This document shows positions 18,206-28,119 of a stretch of DNA of 64,000 nt, piece after piece (the stretch's first letter is position 1; every line of letters starts with the position of its first letter). The stretch comes from Calditrichota bacterium. Its GTDB lineage: Bacteria; Electryoneota; AABM5-125-24; Hatepunaeales; Hatepunaeaceae. The stretch covers positions 700 through 64,699 of the forward strand of contig JABGPL010000007.1 in the NCBI GenBank assembly GCA_018644935.1, in the 5' to 3' direction. Under the pieces are notes generated by a model, which saw nothing but the letters and a program-made list of their open reading frames with translations, made no database searches and was not told the DNA's origin. Made by a program: the position numbers and the translations under genes.

Positions 18206-20872
18206 ATGTCTGAGATTTCAAAGCAGTATGACCCAAAGGCCGTTGAGTTAAAATGGTACCAGACGTGGGAAAGAGAGAACCTTTTTAAGGTTAATTCTGA
18301 TTCAGAAAAAAAGCCGTTTTGCATCATTATGCCACCGCCCAACGTGACGGGACAATTACACATGGGACATGCCCTGCAGGATTCGATTCAGGATCTTCTT
18401 ATCCGGATGAAGCGCATGCAGGGTTTCGAGGCGCATTGGCAAGCCGGGAAAGACCACGCCGGAATTGCAACACAGAATGTTGTCGAAAAGGAACTGGCAA
18501 CAGAAGATACTACTCGTCATGAATTGGGACGTGATAAATTCATCGAACGAGCCTGGGCATGGAAAGAGCGGTTCGGCAATAGGATTTTCGAGCAGAAGAA
18601 AATGCTCGGTGATTCCGCTGATTGGTCTCGCGAAAGGTTCACTTTTGATCCAGGATTGGTTGTCGCGGTTTCAAAAGTATTTAAGCATCTTTACGACAAA
18701 GGGCTTGTTTATCGTGGGAACTATATCGTGAACTGGTGTCCGCGCTGTAATACTGCGGTATCTGATGAAGAAGTCAATCATCAGGATCACGACCACCACC
18801 TATGGCATTTCCGGTATCCATTGAAAGATGACACAGGATATGTCACCGTCGCGACAACCCGACCAGAAACTATGCTCGGTGATACTGCAATAGCGGTCAA
18901 TCCCAAAGACTCGAGATTCAAAGATATTGTTGGAAAGTCGGTAATCCTTCCTCTTGCAGAGCGTGAAATCCCGGTCATTGCGGATGAATATGTCGATGCT
19001 GAATTCGGGACTGGTCAAGTGAAGGTAACACCTGCTCATGATCCGAACGATTTCGACATGGGCAAACGGCACGACCTTCCTCAGATCTCAATCATGGACG
19101 AACAGGCACGGATGAACGAAAATGTGCCGGAACGGTTCAGGGGATTGGATAGATTTGAAGCCAGAAAAGAAGTCCTGAATGCTCTCGATGAGAAAGGTCT
19201 GCTCGAAAAAACCGAAGACTATGAGACATCAATCGGCCATTGCCAACGTTGCAAAACAATAATAGAGCCTTACCTGTCGCTACAGTGGTTCGTGAAAATG
19301 GAACCATTGGCAAAACCGGCTATAGATGCGGTGAGAGATGGCAGGATTAATTTCTATCCAAAACGCTGGGCAAAAGTCTATTTCTCATGGATGGAAAACA
19401 TCAGAGACTGGTGCATTTCCCGGCAGTTATGGTGGGGACATCGCATCCCGGTTTGGTATTGTGAGAAATGCAATGAATTGACCGTCGAAGTTGAAACGCC
19501 TGAGAAATGTGGTAAGTGTGGGAGCAAGAACCTAGTTCAGGACGAGGATGTGCTCGACACATGGTTCAGCTCATGGTTGTGGGCATTTTCTTCGTTGGGA
19601 TGGCCTGAGGACTCGAAAGATCTTAAAAAATGGTATCCGTCGGACGTAATGGTTACCGGCTATGACATTATTTTCTTCTGGGTTGCACGGATGATCGTCG
19701 CGGGACTCGAATTCAAAGATGAAATCCCGTTCCACGATGTTTACATTACCGGGATGATCAAAGATGAGCAGGGCAGGTGGATGTCAAAATCACTTGGAAA
19801 TGGAATTGATCCGGCAGATATGATCGACCAATACGGCAGTGATGCTGTGCGTTTTACCCTTATTGCTCTCGCATCCGAAGGTCAGGACATCCGTCTTGCA
19901 CCCTCACGATTTGAGAGTGGACGAAACTTTGCAAATAAACTTTGGAACAGCTACAGGTTCCTCCGGTCACACTTAGACAGATTGGAAAAACCACTGCTCG
20001 TAGAAGACCCGTTCAACCTGGAAGTCGATGCTCCGCTGCCTGACAGGTGGATAGTAAGCCGTCTGAATCAGACTGTGGAAAAGCTACTCACCAATGCTGA
20101 AAAGTACCGCGTGAATGATATCGCGCTTTCTCTGTATGATTTCGTGAGGAAAGAATACTGCGATTGGTATCTCGAATTGATCAAGGTTCGCTTGGACGCA
20201 AATTCACCAGAGGAAGAAAAGCGAAGAACTCTGGGACTGGCAGTTGCAATTTTCGATACAGCAATTAAGCTGCTTCATCCAATAATGCCATTTATCACTG
20301 AGGAAATCTGGCAGGATTTACGTCAGTTTATGTCGGCTGCGTCAGATGATTTCATTGTTGATCAAGCGTTTCCAACAGCTGAGCAGTTCCGTTTTGACAA
20401 TAATGCAGAACAGGAAATGGATTTCCTACAACGTCTGATTGGCTCAATCCGCAACATCCGCTCAGAAATGCGTGTGCCGCCGGATCGCAAGGCAGAAGTT
20501 GTTCTGGCGAGTTGTAATAAAGGCAGACGTATTCTTATAGAGGCAAATCTCCCGGATGTCTCGCGCATAGCCTCGCTTTCAAAACTGACCTTCAGCGAAG
20601 ATAAACCATTGCAGGCGGCTTCCGGTGTTGTCGATGAGATTGAAGTCTTCATTCCGCTGGCAGGTCTGATTGACCTTGATGTTGAGAGAAAGAGGCTCGA
20701 TAAAGAGATTAAGAGACTGCAGGGGTTATTGAGGGGAACGACTGCCAAACTCTCAAACCAGAAATTCCTCGCTAACGCACCCGAACAGGTGGTAGCTCAT
20801 GAGAAGAAAAAGCTCGAGGATTGTCAGGTCCAATTGGATTCGCTCGAACGGAACAGGAAACTTGTAGATTAA
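18206..20872 (+). CDS. valS: valine--tRNA ligase
   Basis: PPPNVTGQLHMGHA (HIGH), KMSKSLGN (KMSKS) and a C-terminal coiled coil. Length 888 aa. Confidence 0.95.
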   Translation: MSEISKQYDPKAVELKWYQTWERENLFKVNSDSEKKPFCIIMPPPNVTGQLHMGHALQDSIQDLLIRMKRMQGFEAHWQAGKDHAGIATQNVVEKELATEDTTRHELGRDKFIERAWAWKERFGNRIFEQKKMLGDSADWSRERFTFDPGLVVAVSKVFKHLYDKGLVYRGNYIVNWCPRCNTAVSDEEVNHQDHDHHLWHFRYPLKDDTGYVTVATTRPETMLGDTAIAVNPKDSRFKDIVGKSVILPLAEREIPVIADEYVDAEFGTGQVKVTPAHDPNDFDMGKRHDLPQISIMDEQARMNENVPERFRGLDRFEARKEVLNALDEKGLLEKTEDYETSIGHCQRCKTIIEPYLSLQWFVKMEPLAKPAIDAVRDGRINFYPKRWAKVYFSWMENIRDWCISRQLWWGHRIPVWYCEKCNELTVEVETPEKCGKCGSKNLVQDEDVLDTWFSSWLWAFSSLGWPEDSKDLKKWYPSDVMVTGYDIIFFWVARMIVAGLEFKDEIPFHDVYITGMIKDEQGRWMSKSLGNGIDPADMIDQYGSDAVRFTLIALASEGQDIRLAPSRFESGRNFANKLWNSYRFLRSHLDRLEKPLLVEDPFNLEVDAPLPDRWIVSRLNQTVEKLLTNAEKYRVNDIALSLYDFVRKEYCDWYLELIKVRLDANSPEEEKRRTLGLAVAIFDTAIKLLHPIMPFITEEIWQDLRQFMSAASDDFIVDQAFPTAEQFRFDNNAEQEMDFLQRLIGSIRNIRSEMRVPPDRKAEVVLASCNKGRRILIEANLPDVSRIASLSKLTFSEDKPLQAASGVVDEIEVFIPLAGLIDLDVERKRLDKEIKRLQGLLRGTTAKLSNQKFLANAPEQVVAHEKKKLEDCQVQLDSLERNRKLVD

Positions 20873-20874
20873 AA

Positions 20875-20940
20875 ACTCACTTAACGCGAGGGTGAGTACA
20901 GTGCGGATATTTACTTTCCCCTCCTACTTGCAGGGGGGGA
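20875..20940 (+). terminator. two hairpins just after the valS stop (no clear U-tract)
   Basis: ACTCAC-11 nt-GTGAGT (20875-20897) resembles the CTCACGCG hairpins at 696-716 and 34411-34429. The second is TCCCC(T)CC...GGGGGGGA (20917-20940). Confidence 0.3.
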
Positions 20941-21085
20941 ATTAGTGTGATGAATCAGCGTTTTTGCGAAAGTGGCAGATATATCAAGATTTAGGGGTTG
21001 AATGTTTTCAAGCCCGAGTTTCATGAAGACGTCAATAATTCCGCAAGATTTTCAGTTGGTTGTTGATAAAACGGAGGCAAAAAAA

Positions 21086-22417
21086 ATGAAAAAACTAATA
21101 TTAATAGTACTAACCTTCCTAATTTGCCAGACTGCTTCCGCAGAAGTTGCAGTAACAATTTACAATAATGATCTCGGTCTCGTCCGCGATCTACGAAATT
21201 TGACATTTCCAGAGGGCATCGGTGAAATCCGTTTTTCCGACGTCGCTGAGCGGATTATCCCCACATCAGTACATTTTTATTCGGAAAGGGCTGAACTCCT
21301 TGAACAGAACTATGAATATGATCTGGTTGATGCACGGAAAATTCTAAAAAAATATGTAGATCAGAGAATACACCTTTTCACAGAAGGTGATGGATCGTTT
21401 GTGGGTACATTGCTTGCTGCATCAGGAGATATCGTCCTAAAAGAAGACGATAACTCAATCAGGGTACTATCCGTCAGTAAAATCTACAATTACCATTTTC
21501 CAACCTTGCCTGAAGGATTAATTACAAAACCAACACTTGTCTGGACAGTTCAGTCATCTAAGGGTGGTCCGGGTGAGGGTGAGGTGTCATATTTGACAGA
21601 AGGCATATCCTGGGCAGCTGAGTACATTGCCGTTACAAATGCTGACGATAAAGCTCTCGGTTTCACCGGTTGGGTGAATATAGAAAACAACTGTGGAGCC
21701 TCATTTAAAGATGCCAAACTGAAGCTAATCGCTGGTGACGTGCAGATTTTGAAAGAGAACCGACACAAGGGACGCCAGATTTACGCAATGGACGCTGCGG
21801 TAACAATGGAAGGTGCAAGATCCTTTGAAGAGGAATCACTCTTTGAATATCACCTCTACACCCTTCAGCGCAAGTCAACGATTCTTAACAATCAGATCAA
21901 ACAAATCTCACTATTCCCCGAAGCTGAAGTCGGAAAAGTGGAAAAGGAATATCGGTTTGATTACGGCAAATGGCAGAATAAAATCAATGTTTCATTGAGT
22001 TTTGATAATACAAAAGTGAACAACCTTAATATCCCCTTACCAAGGGGAAAGGTGAGAGTGTACAAAGCGAGCTCAACAGGTGATTTGGAGTTTATCGGCG
22101 AAGATAGAATTGATCACACAGCTCGAAAAGAAAAGGTCAAAGTTTCGACCGGAAAGGCTTTTGATGTTGTTGGTGAACGAACGGTTATTAACGAAAAACG
22201 TAGGGGAAATGACCGTCAGTCAGAGGTTGAAATAAAAATCCGAAATAGAAAGAAAGAGTCTGTAGAAGTAATTGTGTCCGAGGAAATCTGGGGCGACTGG
22301 ACTATGCTTGAAGCGACGGGAGGGTGGAACAAAGTCTCGTCTAACCGAGTGGAATGGAAAGTAATTGTTCGACCTGATGAAGAGAAAATTATAAATTATC
22401 ATGTCCAGAAACACTAA
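21086..22417 (+). CDS. DUF4139/DUF4140-type (MuiA-like) secreted protein, copy 1
   Basis: The ATG at 21086 is preceded by GGAGG and followed by a signal peptide (MKKLILIVLTFLICQTASA). The N-terminal block EVAVTIYNNDLGLVRD is characteristic. The track ORF starts at 21002. Confidence 0.7.
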   Translation: MKKLILIVLTFLICQTASAEVAVTIYNNDLGLVRDLRNLTFPEGIGEIRFSDVAERIIPTSVHFYSERAELLEQNYEYDLVDARKILKKYVDQRIHLFTEGDGSFVGTLLAASGDIVLKEDDNSIRVLSVSKIYNYHFPTLPEGLITKPTLVWTVQSSKGGPGEGEVSYLTEGISWAAEYIAVTNADDKALGFTGWVNIENNCGASFKDAKLKLIAGDVQILKENRHKGRQIYAMDAAVTMEGARSFEEESLFEYHLYTLQRKSTILNNQIKQISLFPEAEVGKVEKEYRFDYGKWQNKINVSLSFDNTKVNNLNIPLPRGKVRVYKASSTGDLEFIGEDRIDHTARKEKVKVSTGKAFDVVGERTVINEKRRGNDRQSEVEIKIRNRKKESVEVIVSEEIWGDWTMLEATGGWNKVSSNRVEWKVIVRPDEEKIINYHVQKH

Positions 22418-22484
22418 TTTTCAAGGTATTTGATTTAAGAGGACATATGTTAATGTGTACCGTTTTTAACAATTCGAGGTGAAA

Positions 22485-23819
22485 ATGAAAACGCTGATTG
22501 TCGTACTATTATCCCTGCTGATCGGGCAGGTTTCCCTGGCTGAAGTTGCGGTAACGATTTACAAAAACGATGTTGGTCTTGTTCATGATACACGAGATCT
22601 TGATTTCTTGGCAGGTGTCGGAAAGATACAGTTTAAGGATGTTGCAGAACGGATAATTCCTACTTCAGTCAATTTCTATTCAAAAAATGCTGAAATAATC
22701 GAGCAAAAATTTGAATATGGCTTAAGCAACACTAACCAGCTTCTTTCAAAATTCATCGATAATCAGATACAAATATTCACAAATGACGGAGGATCTTTTA
22801 CAGGAAAGCTGATTTCAGCTTCAGGAGATGTGATAATCAAGGGAAATGATAATTCTCTCCGGGTTATTAAAGCAGGGAGTATCTTCAATTATCACATGCC
22901 CACAATTCCTGATGAGTTGATTACAGAACCAACACTCCTCTGGACTGTTGATTCTCCGCGGGGTGGGAGGAGCGAGGTCGAAGTATCTTACCTTACGGAA
23001 GGAATTTCATGGGCTTCGGAGTATGTTCTTGTTATAAATGAAAACAATAAGAAATGTAAATTTACAGGTTGGGTGAACATCGATAATCAATGCGGAAAAG
23101 ATTTTACCAATACCAATTTTAATTTAATGGGAGGTGAAGTTAAGATTCCACGTGATAAAAGACAGGGATTTGCAAGAGACTATTCTCAGGTATCTGCAAG
23201 ACCTGGAAGTGTATTCAATGGGTTTCAGGATGAATCGTATTACAACTTTACGCATTTTCCACTCGCTGGTGAAACAACAATTTTTAACAATCAGATCAAG
23301 CAAATAGCACTTTTCCCGAAGGCTGATGTTGGGTTTGTAAAAACTGAGTATCGTGTGAAATGGAAACGTGGAAATGGTCAGGTGAAAGTTTCTTACCTAT
23401 TCAAAAACATCGAAAAAAATGATCTCGGAATCCCACTACCGGGAGGTAATGTAAGAGTTTATGAAGAGAGCAAATACGGAGTTCTTAAATTCGTCGGTGG
23501 AGGTAAAATAGACCCGAGTGTAGTAGACAAAGATATACGTGTTAAGACAGGTTATTCAACCGAATTTACCTGCTCAAAGAATAAACTGAACAAAGAGCGT
23601 ACTGAAGAAGGATGGCAGGAGACATGGCAGGTTTCAGTTCGAAACAAGAATAAGAAAAAAGTTAAAGTTTTAATCCCAATGATGTTTGAAGGTGAATGGG
23701 AAATTGTCGAGGCTACACCGGGTTGGGAGAAAGTGTCAGATCAGCGAATCTGGTGGAATAAATCAATCGGAGCTGGTAAAGTAGCTACCATCAATTATAC
23801 AGTAGCCTACGCATATTAG
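22485..23819 (+). CDS. DUF4139/DUF4140-type secreted protein, copy 2 (tandem paralogue)
   Basis: Collinear similarity to copy 1 throughout (EVAVTIYKNDVGLVHD, VSYLTEGISWA, TGWVNI-N-CG, NNQIKQI-LFP). The ATG at 22485 follows GAGGTG. The track start is a GTG at 22479. Confidence 0.7.
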   Translation: MKTLIVVLLSLLIGQVSLAEVAVTIYKNDVGLVHDTRDLDFLAGVGKIQFKDVAERIIPTSVNFYSKNAEIIEQKFEYGLSNTNQLLSKFIDNQIQIFTNDGGSFTGKLISASGDVIIKGNDNSLRVIKAGSIFNYHMPTIPDELITEPTLLWTVDSPRGGRSEVEVSYLTEGISWASEYVLVINENNKKCKFTGWVNIDNQCGKDFTNTNFNLMGGEVKIPRDKRQGFARDYSQVSARPGSVFNGFQDESYYNFTHFPLAGETTIFNNQIKQIALFPKADVGFVKTEYRVKWKRGNGQVKVSYLFKNIEKNDLGIPLPGGNVRVYEESKYGVLKFVGGGKIDPSVVDKDIRVKTGYSTEFTCSKNKLNKERTEEGWQETWQVSVRNKNKKKVKVLIPMMFEGEWEIVEATPGWEKVSDQRIWWNKSIGAGKVATINYTVAYAY

Positions 23820-25895
23820 ATGCTTAAGTGGACAGATCCTGTCGAAAAAATCAGCGGCATTGCTGATAAAAAAAGCATTTTTCTGCGCGAAAAGGGCTTT
23901 GAGACTATCGGTGATTTACTGATACGAGCACCTCTGCGTTTCATAGACAGGCGTGACTCTCCACCTTTCAGCAAGTTACATGAAGCTGTCGGTGCAGAAA
24001 TTACGGCAATTGGCACTATTGAATCTGTGGGCGAGAAAGGACGCTACCGGAAACGAAGGTTGCTGTGTATGATAAGTGATGGTAGCGGAGGATATGTGAC
24101 TGGAGTCTGGTTCAGCAAATATAAGTATATCAAACCCAAATTGATTCCGGGATTGAGGGTCGCACTTGCCGGAAAGGTATCATTTTTTGATGGACCTCAA
24201 ATATCCCATCCCCGGATTACTATCCTTGATGCCTCTGACGAGATGAGTACAAAAACCGGGTTGATCCCCGTTTACCCAGAAGGTGAGGAATGGAAAAAAC
24301 ACGGCTTTTCTAAAACCATCTGGGAAGGTTTTGTTAAAAACCTTATTGGAGCATGGGATGGCTCCGGACCCTTCCCTCCGCCCGAATTAATCAAATTTGA
24401 AGGACTTGTATCATTGCCCGAAGCGATTCGTGGCTTACACCTCCCAGAATCAGTTGACGAGTATGACAAAGCAGTCAGCACACTGAAGTTCAATGAACTC
24501 TTCCAACACCAAATATTAATGGTTGCTCTGCGTCGCAGACGTCGTCAGAAGGGCGGGATTGTTTTTGCTACCGGTGAGAAATACAAAAAGTTCATAGAGA
24601 TTCTCCCGTTTGAACTATCGAAGGGACAAAAGGATGTACTTGAAGAAATGAGCGGTGATTTCATTTCCGGACGACCAATGCACCGCCTCATGCAGGGTGA
24701 AGTCGGTTCAGGTAAAACGGTCGTGGCATTTGGAGCTGCTGTGATGGCGGCAGATGGCAACCGACAAACCGTGATTATGGCTCCAACTGAGTTACTTGCG
24801 CGGCAGCACTATGAGAATGCTCTGAAATGGCTTGAACCTATTGGAGTCAAACCGATTTTGATCGCAGCCAGTCGGCATCCCGACGAAATTAAACGAGCAC
24901 TCTTTGAAGCTACTACTGGTCAGGCAGATCTGATAATTGGCACCCATGCAGTATTTCAAGATCGCGTTAAACCACCTCACCTTGGCTTGGTAATCATTGA
25001 TGAGCAACAACGGTTTGGAGTCCGTCAGCGAGCACGTCTGATCAACAAAGCGATCAGACCTCACGTTCTCCTGATGACTGCCACCCCAATACCCCGCACC
25101 CTGGCTCTCGCGTATTATGGTGATCTCGACCTGATAGAACTGAAGATGCGCGAAGGAGTTGAACGCAATGTTACGACAAGAGTCGTCACCGATTCTTCTC
25201 GTGACAAGGTGTTTAGGTGGTACCGGGAAAAACTTGGAGAAGGTGAGCGCGGTTATCTAGTTTTTCCTGTAATTGATTCCGGTGTTGCCGGGCTGGAGGC
25301 AGCTCACGCGAGGTTTGAGCCATATCAGAAAGTTGATTTCAAGGGAATTTCCATTGCTTTGATGCATGGCAGGCAACCAATTGAAGATCGAATCCGGGCA
25401 ATGGAAGCCTTCCGCAGCGGGGATGTGAAACTCCTGATGGCAACATCTGTGATAGAAGTTGGAGTTGATGTCCCTGAAGCGAATCTGATGGTAATTGAAA
25501 ACAGTGAGCGATTCGGTCTGGCGCAAATTCACCAGCTCCGGGGCAGAATAGGGCGCACGGGAGCGAAGGCATACTGCATATTGATGACGCGCGAACCAGA
25601 AGATTCGCCTTCGTTTGAGCGGTTGAGAAAGCTACAACAATGTGATGATGGTTTTACTCTTGCAGAAGAAGACCTGCAACTTAGGGGTTCAGGAGAACCC
25701 CTTGGAGCCCGTCAGAGTGGATCTGCCCGTTTCCAGATCGCAAACTTAGGCACAGACATGAAGTTGCTAAGACGTGCCCATAAATCAGCAGAATGGCTCT
25801 TAGATAAACACCCCGATCTGGCACCCTATTCCGAACTTCGCGAGAGACTTCGAAGCAATTACCGGAAGGGTCCGCGGACGATGTTGGCTGGGTGA
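23820..25895 (+). CDS. recG: ATP-dependent DNA helicase RecG
   Basis: GEVGSGKTVVA, VIIDEQQRFGV, TATPIPRTLA and QLRGRIGR. The ATG directly abuts the preceding TAG stop. Confidence 0.9.
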   Translation: MLKWTDPVEKISGIADKKSIFLREKGFETIGDLLIRAPLRFIDRRDSPPFSKLHEAVGAEITAIGTIESVGEKGRYRKRRLLCMISDGSGGYVTGVWFSKYKYIKPKLIPGLRVALAGKVSFFDGPQISHPRITILDASDEMSTKTGLIPVYPEGEEWKKHGFSKTIWEGFVKNLIGAWDGSGPFPPPELIKFEGLVSLPEAIRGLHLPESVDEYDKAVSTLKFNELFQHQILMVALRRRRRQKGGIVFATGEKYKKFIEILPFELSKGQKDVLEEMSGDFISGRPMHRLMQGEVGSGKTVVAFGAAVMAADGNRQTVIMAPTELLARQHYENALKWLEPIGVKPILIAASRHPDEIKRALFEATTGQADLIIGTHAVFQDRVKPPHLGLVIIDEQQRFGVRQRARLINKAIRPHVLLMTATPIPRTLALAYYGDLDLIELKMREGVERNVTTRVVTDSSRDKVFRWYREKLGEGERGYLVFPVIDSGVAGLEAAHARFEPYQKVDFKGISIALMHGRQPIEDRIRAMEAFRSGDVKLLMATSVIEVGVDVPEANLMVIENSERFGLAQIHQLRGRIGRTGAKAYCILMTREPEDSPSFERLRKLQQCDDGFTLAEEDLQLRGSGEPLGARQSGSARFQIANLGTDMKLLRRAHKSAEWLLDKHPDLAPYSELRERLRSNYRKGPRTMLAG

Positions 25896-25931
25896 TTTGC
25901 TCCAGTGATAGACGAAATTGGTTCAAATTCA

Positions 25932-26001
25932 GTAGCGCAGGCGTCCCTGCCTGTGTGTACGGTCACTCTACATAAAGCGCAGGCAGGGACGCCAACGCTA
26001 C
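25932..26001. mobile_element. 70-bp MITE/REPIN-like inverted doublet (GTAGCG...CGCTAC) flanked by a perfect 10-bp direct repeat
   Basis: The arms GTAGCGCAGGCGTCCCTGCCTG and CAGGCAGGGACGCCAACGCTAC are near-perfect reverse complements. TTCAAATTCA abuts both ends (25922-25931 and 26002-26011). Confidence 0.6.
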
Positions 26002-26061
26002 TTCAAATTCAGTTTTTCAATCCAACTTCCAGTTCAACCTAACATTCACCATCAAATAAGC

Positions 26062-26090
26062 TTGAATTCCTCCATCAGAAACAATATATT
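26062..26090 (+). promoter_or_regulatory. sigma70-type promoter for tRNA-Ser
   Basis: TTGAAT, a 17-nt spacer, then TATATT. The -10 element ends 13 nt before the tRNA 5' end. Confidence 0.45.
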
Positions 26091-26103
26091 ATTCAGTCTT
26101 ACA

Positions 26104-26190
26104 GGAGAGGTGCCGGAGTGGTCGAACGGGACGGTCTCGAAAACCGTTGAAGGCTCGCGCTTTCCGTGGGTTCGAATCCCACCCTCTCCG
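26104..26190 (+). tRNA. tRNA-Ser (anticodon CGA), long variable arm
   Basis: Acceptor GGAGAGG/CCTCTCC, anticodon loop CT-CGA-AA, long extra arm and T-loop GGTTCGAATCC. No encoded CCA. Confidence 0.85.
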
Positions 26191-26195
26191 CAAAA

Positions 26196-26233
26196 GCCCA
26201 CAATCCATTGGCGCATTGGATTGTGGGCTTTTT
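26196..26233 (+). terminator. rho-independent terminator after tRNA-Ser
   Basis: GCCCACAATCCA, a 9-nt loop, TGGATTGTGGGC, then TTTTT. Confidence 0.8.
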
Positions 26234-26296
26234 ATTGAGTCAGGAACATCGGTTATGATCAGGGATGATTTACCTGTTTAATAGTTCAACAATCAA

Positions 26297-27109
26297 TCAA
26301 TGCTTATAAACATGCACATCAGTCTGTGGGAACGGAATTGAAATATCGTTGGCATCAAATGCGAGTTTTACCGCTTCATTCAAGTCGAAGAAAACACCCC
26401 AGTAATCATCTCCAGAACCCCAAACGCGGACGGCAAAGTTGACTGAGCTGTCTGCTAATTCAGCAAGTAAAATTTGCGGTTCAGGATCTTTGAGAATTCG
26501 AGAGTCTTTTTCTATCAAGCCCTTCATTATTTCACGGGCTTTTTTAATGTCATCCCCATAGCCAATTCCGAAAGTAAAATCTATACGACGGGTTGGCTCA
26601 GTGGAGTAGTTGACAATATTGCCGTTTGAGAGATCTCCATTAGGGACGATAATGGTTTTATTGTCCGGAGTGTTCAGGATAGTGTTGAAAATTTGAATCT
26701 CTTTGACTTTTCCAGTAAATCCATTTGCCTCAATGATGTCACCAACCTTAATAGGTCTGAAAAACATCAACAGCGCGCCACCTGCGAAATTCGCCAGGCT
26801 TCCTTGCAAAGCCAAACCAACTGCAAGACCGGCCGCACCGAGCAGAGCTACAAACGAGGTCATTTTGACGCCGACCATTGAAATCACAGAAATCAACAGC
26901 ACGGCTTTCAGAGCCATTGAAATAATACTGGACAGAAACCCTCGGAGTGTTTCGTCGACATTTTTTGAGGTCATTGATTTCTGAAGTACTTTTTGAATAC
27001 CTTTGATTATCCAGAGACCAATTACCAGAGTTAGAAGTGCTAACAGAATTGATGGTGCATATGCCATAACCCAATCTTTAGCATATGTAATGATTGCTTC
27101 AATATTCAA
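26297..27109 (-). CDS. mscS: small-conductance mechanosensitive channel (MscS family)
   Basis: Three N-terminal TM segments. The conserved block is FRPIKVGDIIEANGFTGKVKEIQIFNTILNTPDNKTIIVPNG. Confidence 0.85.
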   Translation of the reverse strand: MNIEAIITYAKDWVMAYAPSILLALLTLVIGLWIIKGIQKVLQKSMTSKNVDETLRGFLSSIISMALKAVLLISVISMVGVKMTSFVALLGAAGLAVGLALQGSLANFAGGALLMFFRPIKVGDIIEANGFTGKVKEIQIFNTILNTPDNKTIIVPNGDLSNGNIVNYSTEPTRRIDFTFGIGYGDDIKKAREIMKGLIEKDSRILKDPEPQILLAELADSSVNFAVRVWGSGDDYWGVFFDLNEAVKLAFDANDISIPFPQTDVHVYKH

Positions 27110-27437
27110 CTTAAACCTCCTTTTTTGATGTTAATTTCTAATATATAAATAAATTGGGAGTTAGCAAGAGAGCTGATTTCTCCAAACTATTTATGTAGTA
27201 GAAAAACAAACCAGTGTATTTAATTTTTATCTTAAGAAAGAACTAATTGTTTTACAGTAATTACGGTAAGACCGAGTGGAAGTTTGTGAGTATGTGAAAT
27301 AATTTGCTTGTGCGCAAAATTTAATAAATGTGGGGCATATCGCCACCACTGTTACTTCAAATCACCTCGGGTAGGATGGACATTCCAATTTGTTGTTTAA
27401 CCTTTATTCCTGACGGCAAGGATTCCATATACTGCTA

Positions 27438-27457
27438 GGGTGAATAATCATTCGCCC
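27438..27457 (-). repeat. degenerate GGGCGAAT-class hairpin (GGGTGAATAATCATTCGCCC, no CTAC)
   Basis: Same stem class as 2231/5112/7325, but followed by AGTA. Confidence 0.55.
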
Positions 27458-27583
27458 AGTAATTCCAAAGCGACAAACAAGATGAACCCTGCATTATAAT
27501 CCAGCATGACCTGGATAACTTGATTTACAAGAGTTTAGGGTTTATTTATGGTAAAACAGATTTTGTGATAATTTATATATGTG

Positions 27584-27607
27584 GTGTCAGGTGTTCCAGC
27601 CTGACAC
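27584..27607. repeat. hairpin GTGTCAGG-8 nt-CCTGACAC
   Basis: Perfect 8-bp stem of the CCTGAC class. Confidence 0.55.
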
Positions 27608-27633
27608 TTCACGAAAAATCATAGGTCAGGTTC

Positions 27634-28113
27634 TTAGTCCAACGGAAATAATTCCACAGTCACACTAAGGGAAACAAATGCTAAAAAATCTACAGTAACC
27701 CGGACCGCCAACTTGTCTATCATTTGAATAATGTGCTGGAAAACTATGGTATAAATTGCGAGATAAGGAATGAACGCCTTTCCAGCGTTGTAGGTCATTA
27801 CCAACCATTTAGTACATGGATTGAGCTCTGGATTAAAGATGATGCTATGGAGGATGAATCCATTCAAAATATAGAAAAGTTCTCTCAGATGAAGAAGAAA
27901 CAACTGGAGAACCCTGGAAATGCCAGAAATAGGGGAGGAAGCGAGAGCCAGTTCACCGAGTGCTGGCAATGTGGGGAAAGACGGGTTTGAATGACTTATC
28001 GAGTGTCGATAATCGCAGGTCGGGTTCTTAACCCGACAGAAGGAGTTAATAATCAAACGGACGACCAGAATGATCAATATTGCAAATTTTGTGTTCTTCA
28101 CTGTATAACACAA
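27634..28113 (-). CDS. hypothetical protein (third gene of the cNMP/FHA operon?)
   Basis: 159-aa ORF that starts 6 nt after the upstream gene's stop on the same strand. N-terminus is hydrophobic. The composition is unconvincing, so this may be non-coding. Confidence 0.3.
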   Translation of the reverse strand: MCYTVKNTKFAILIILVVRLIINSFCRVKNPTCDYRHSISHSNPSFPTLPALGELALASSPISGISRVLQLFLLHLRELFYILNGFILHSIIFNPELNPCTKWLVMTYNAGKAFIPYLAIYTIVFQHIIQMIDKLAVRVTVDFLAFVSLSVTVELFPLD

Positions 28114-28119
28114 TTGTCT

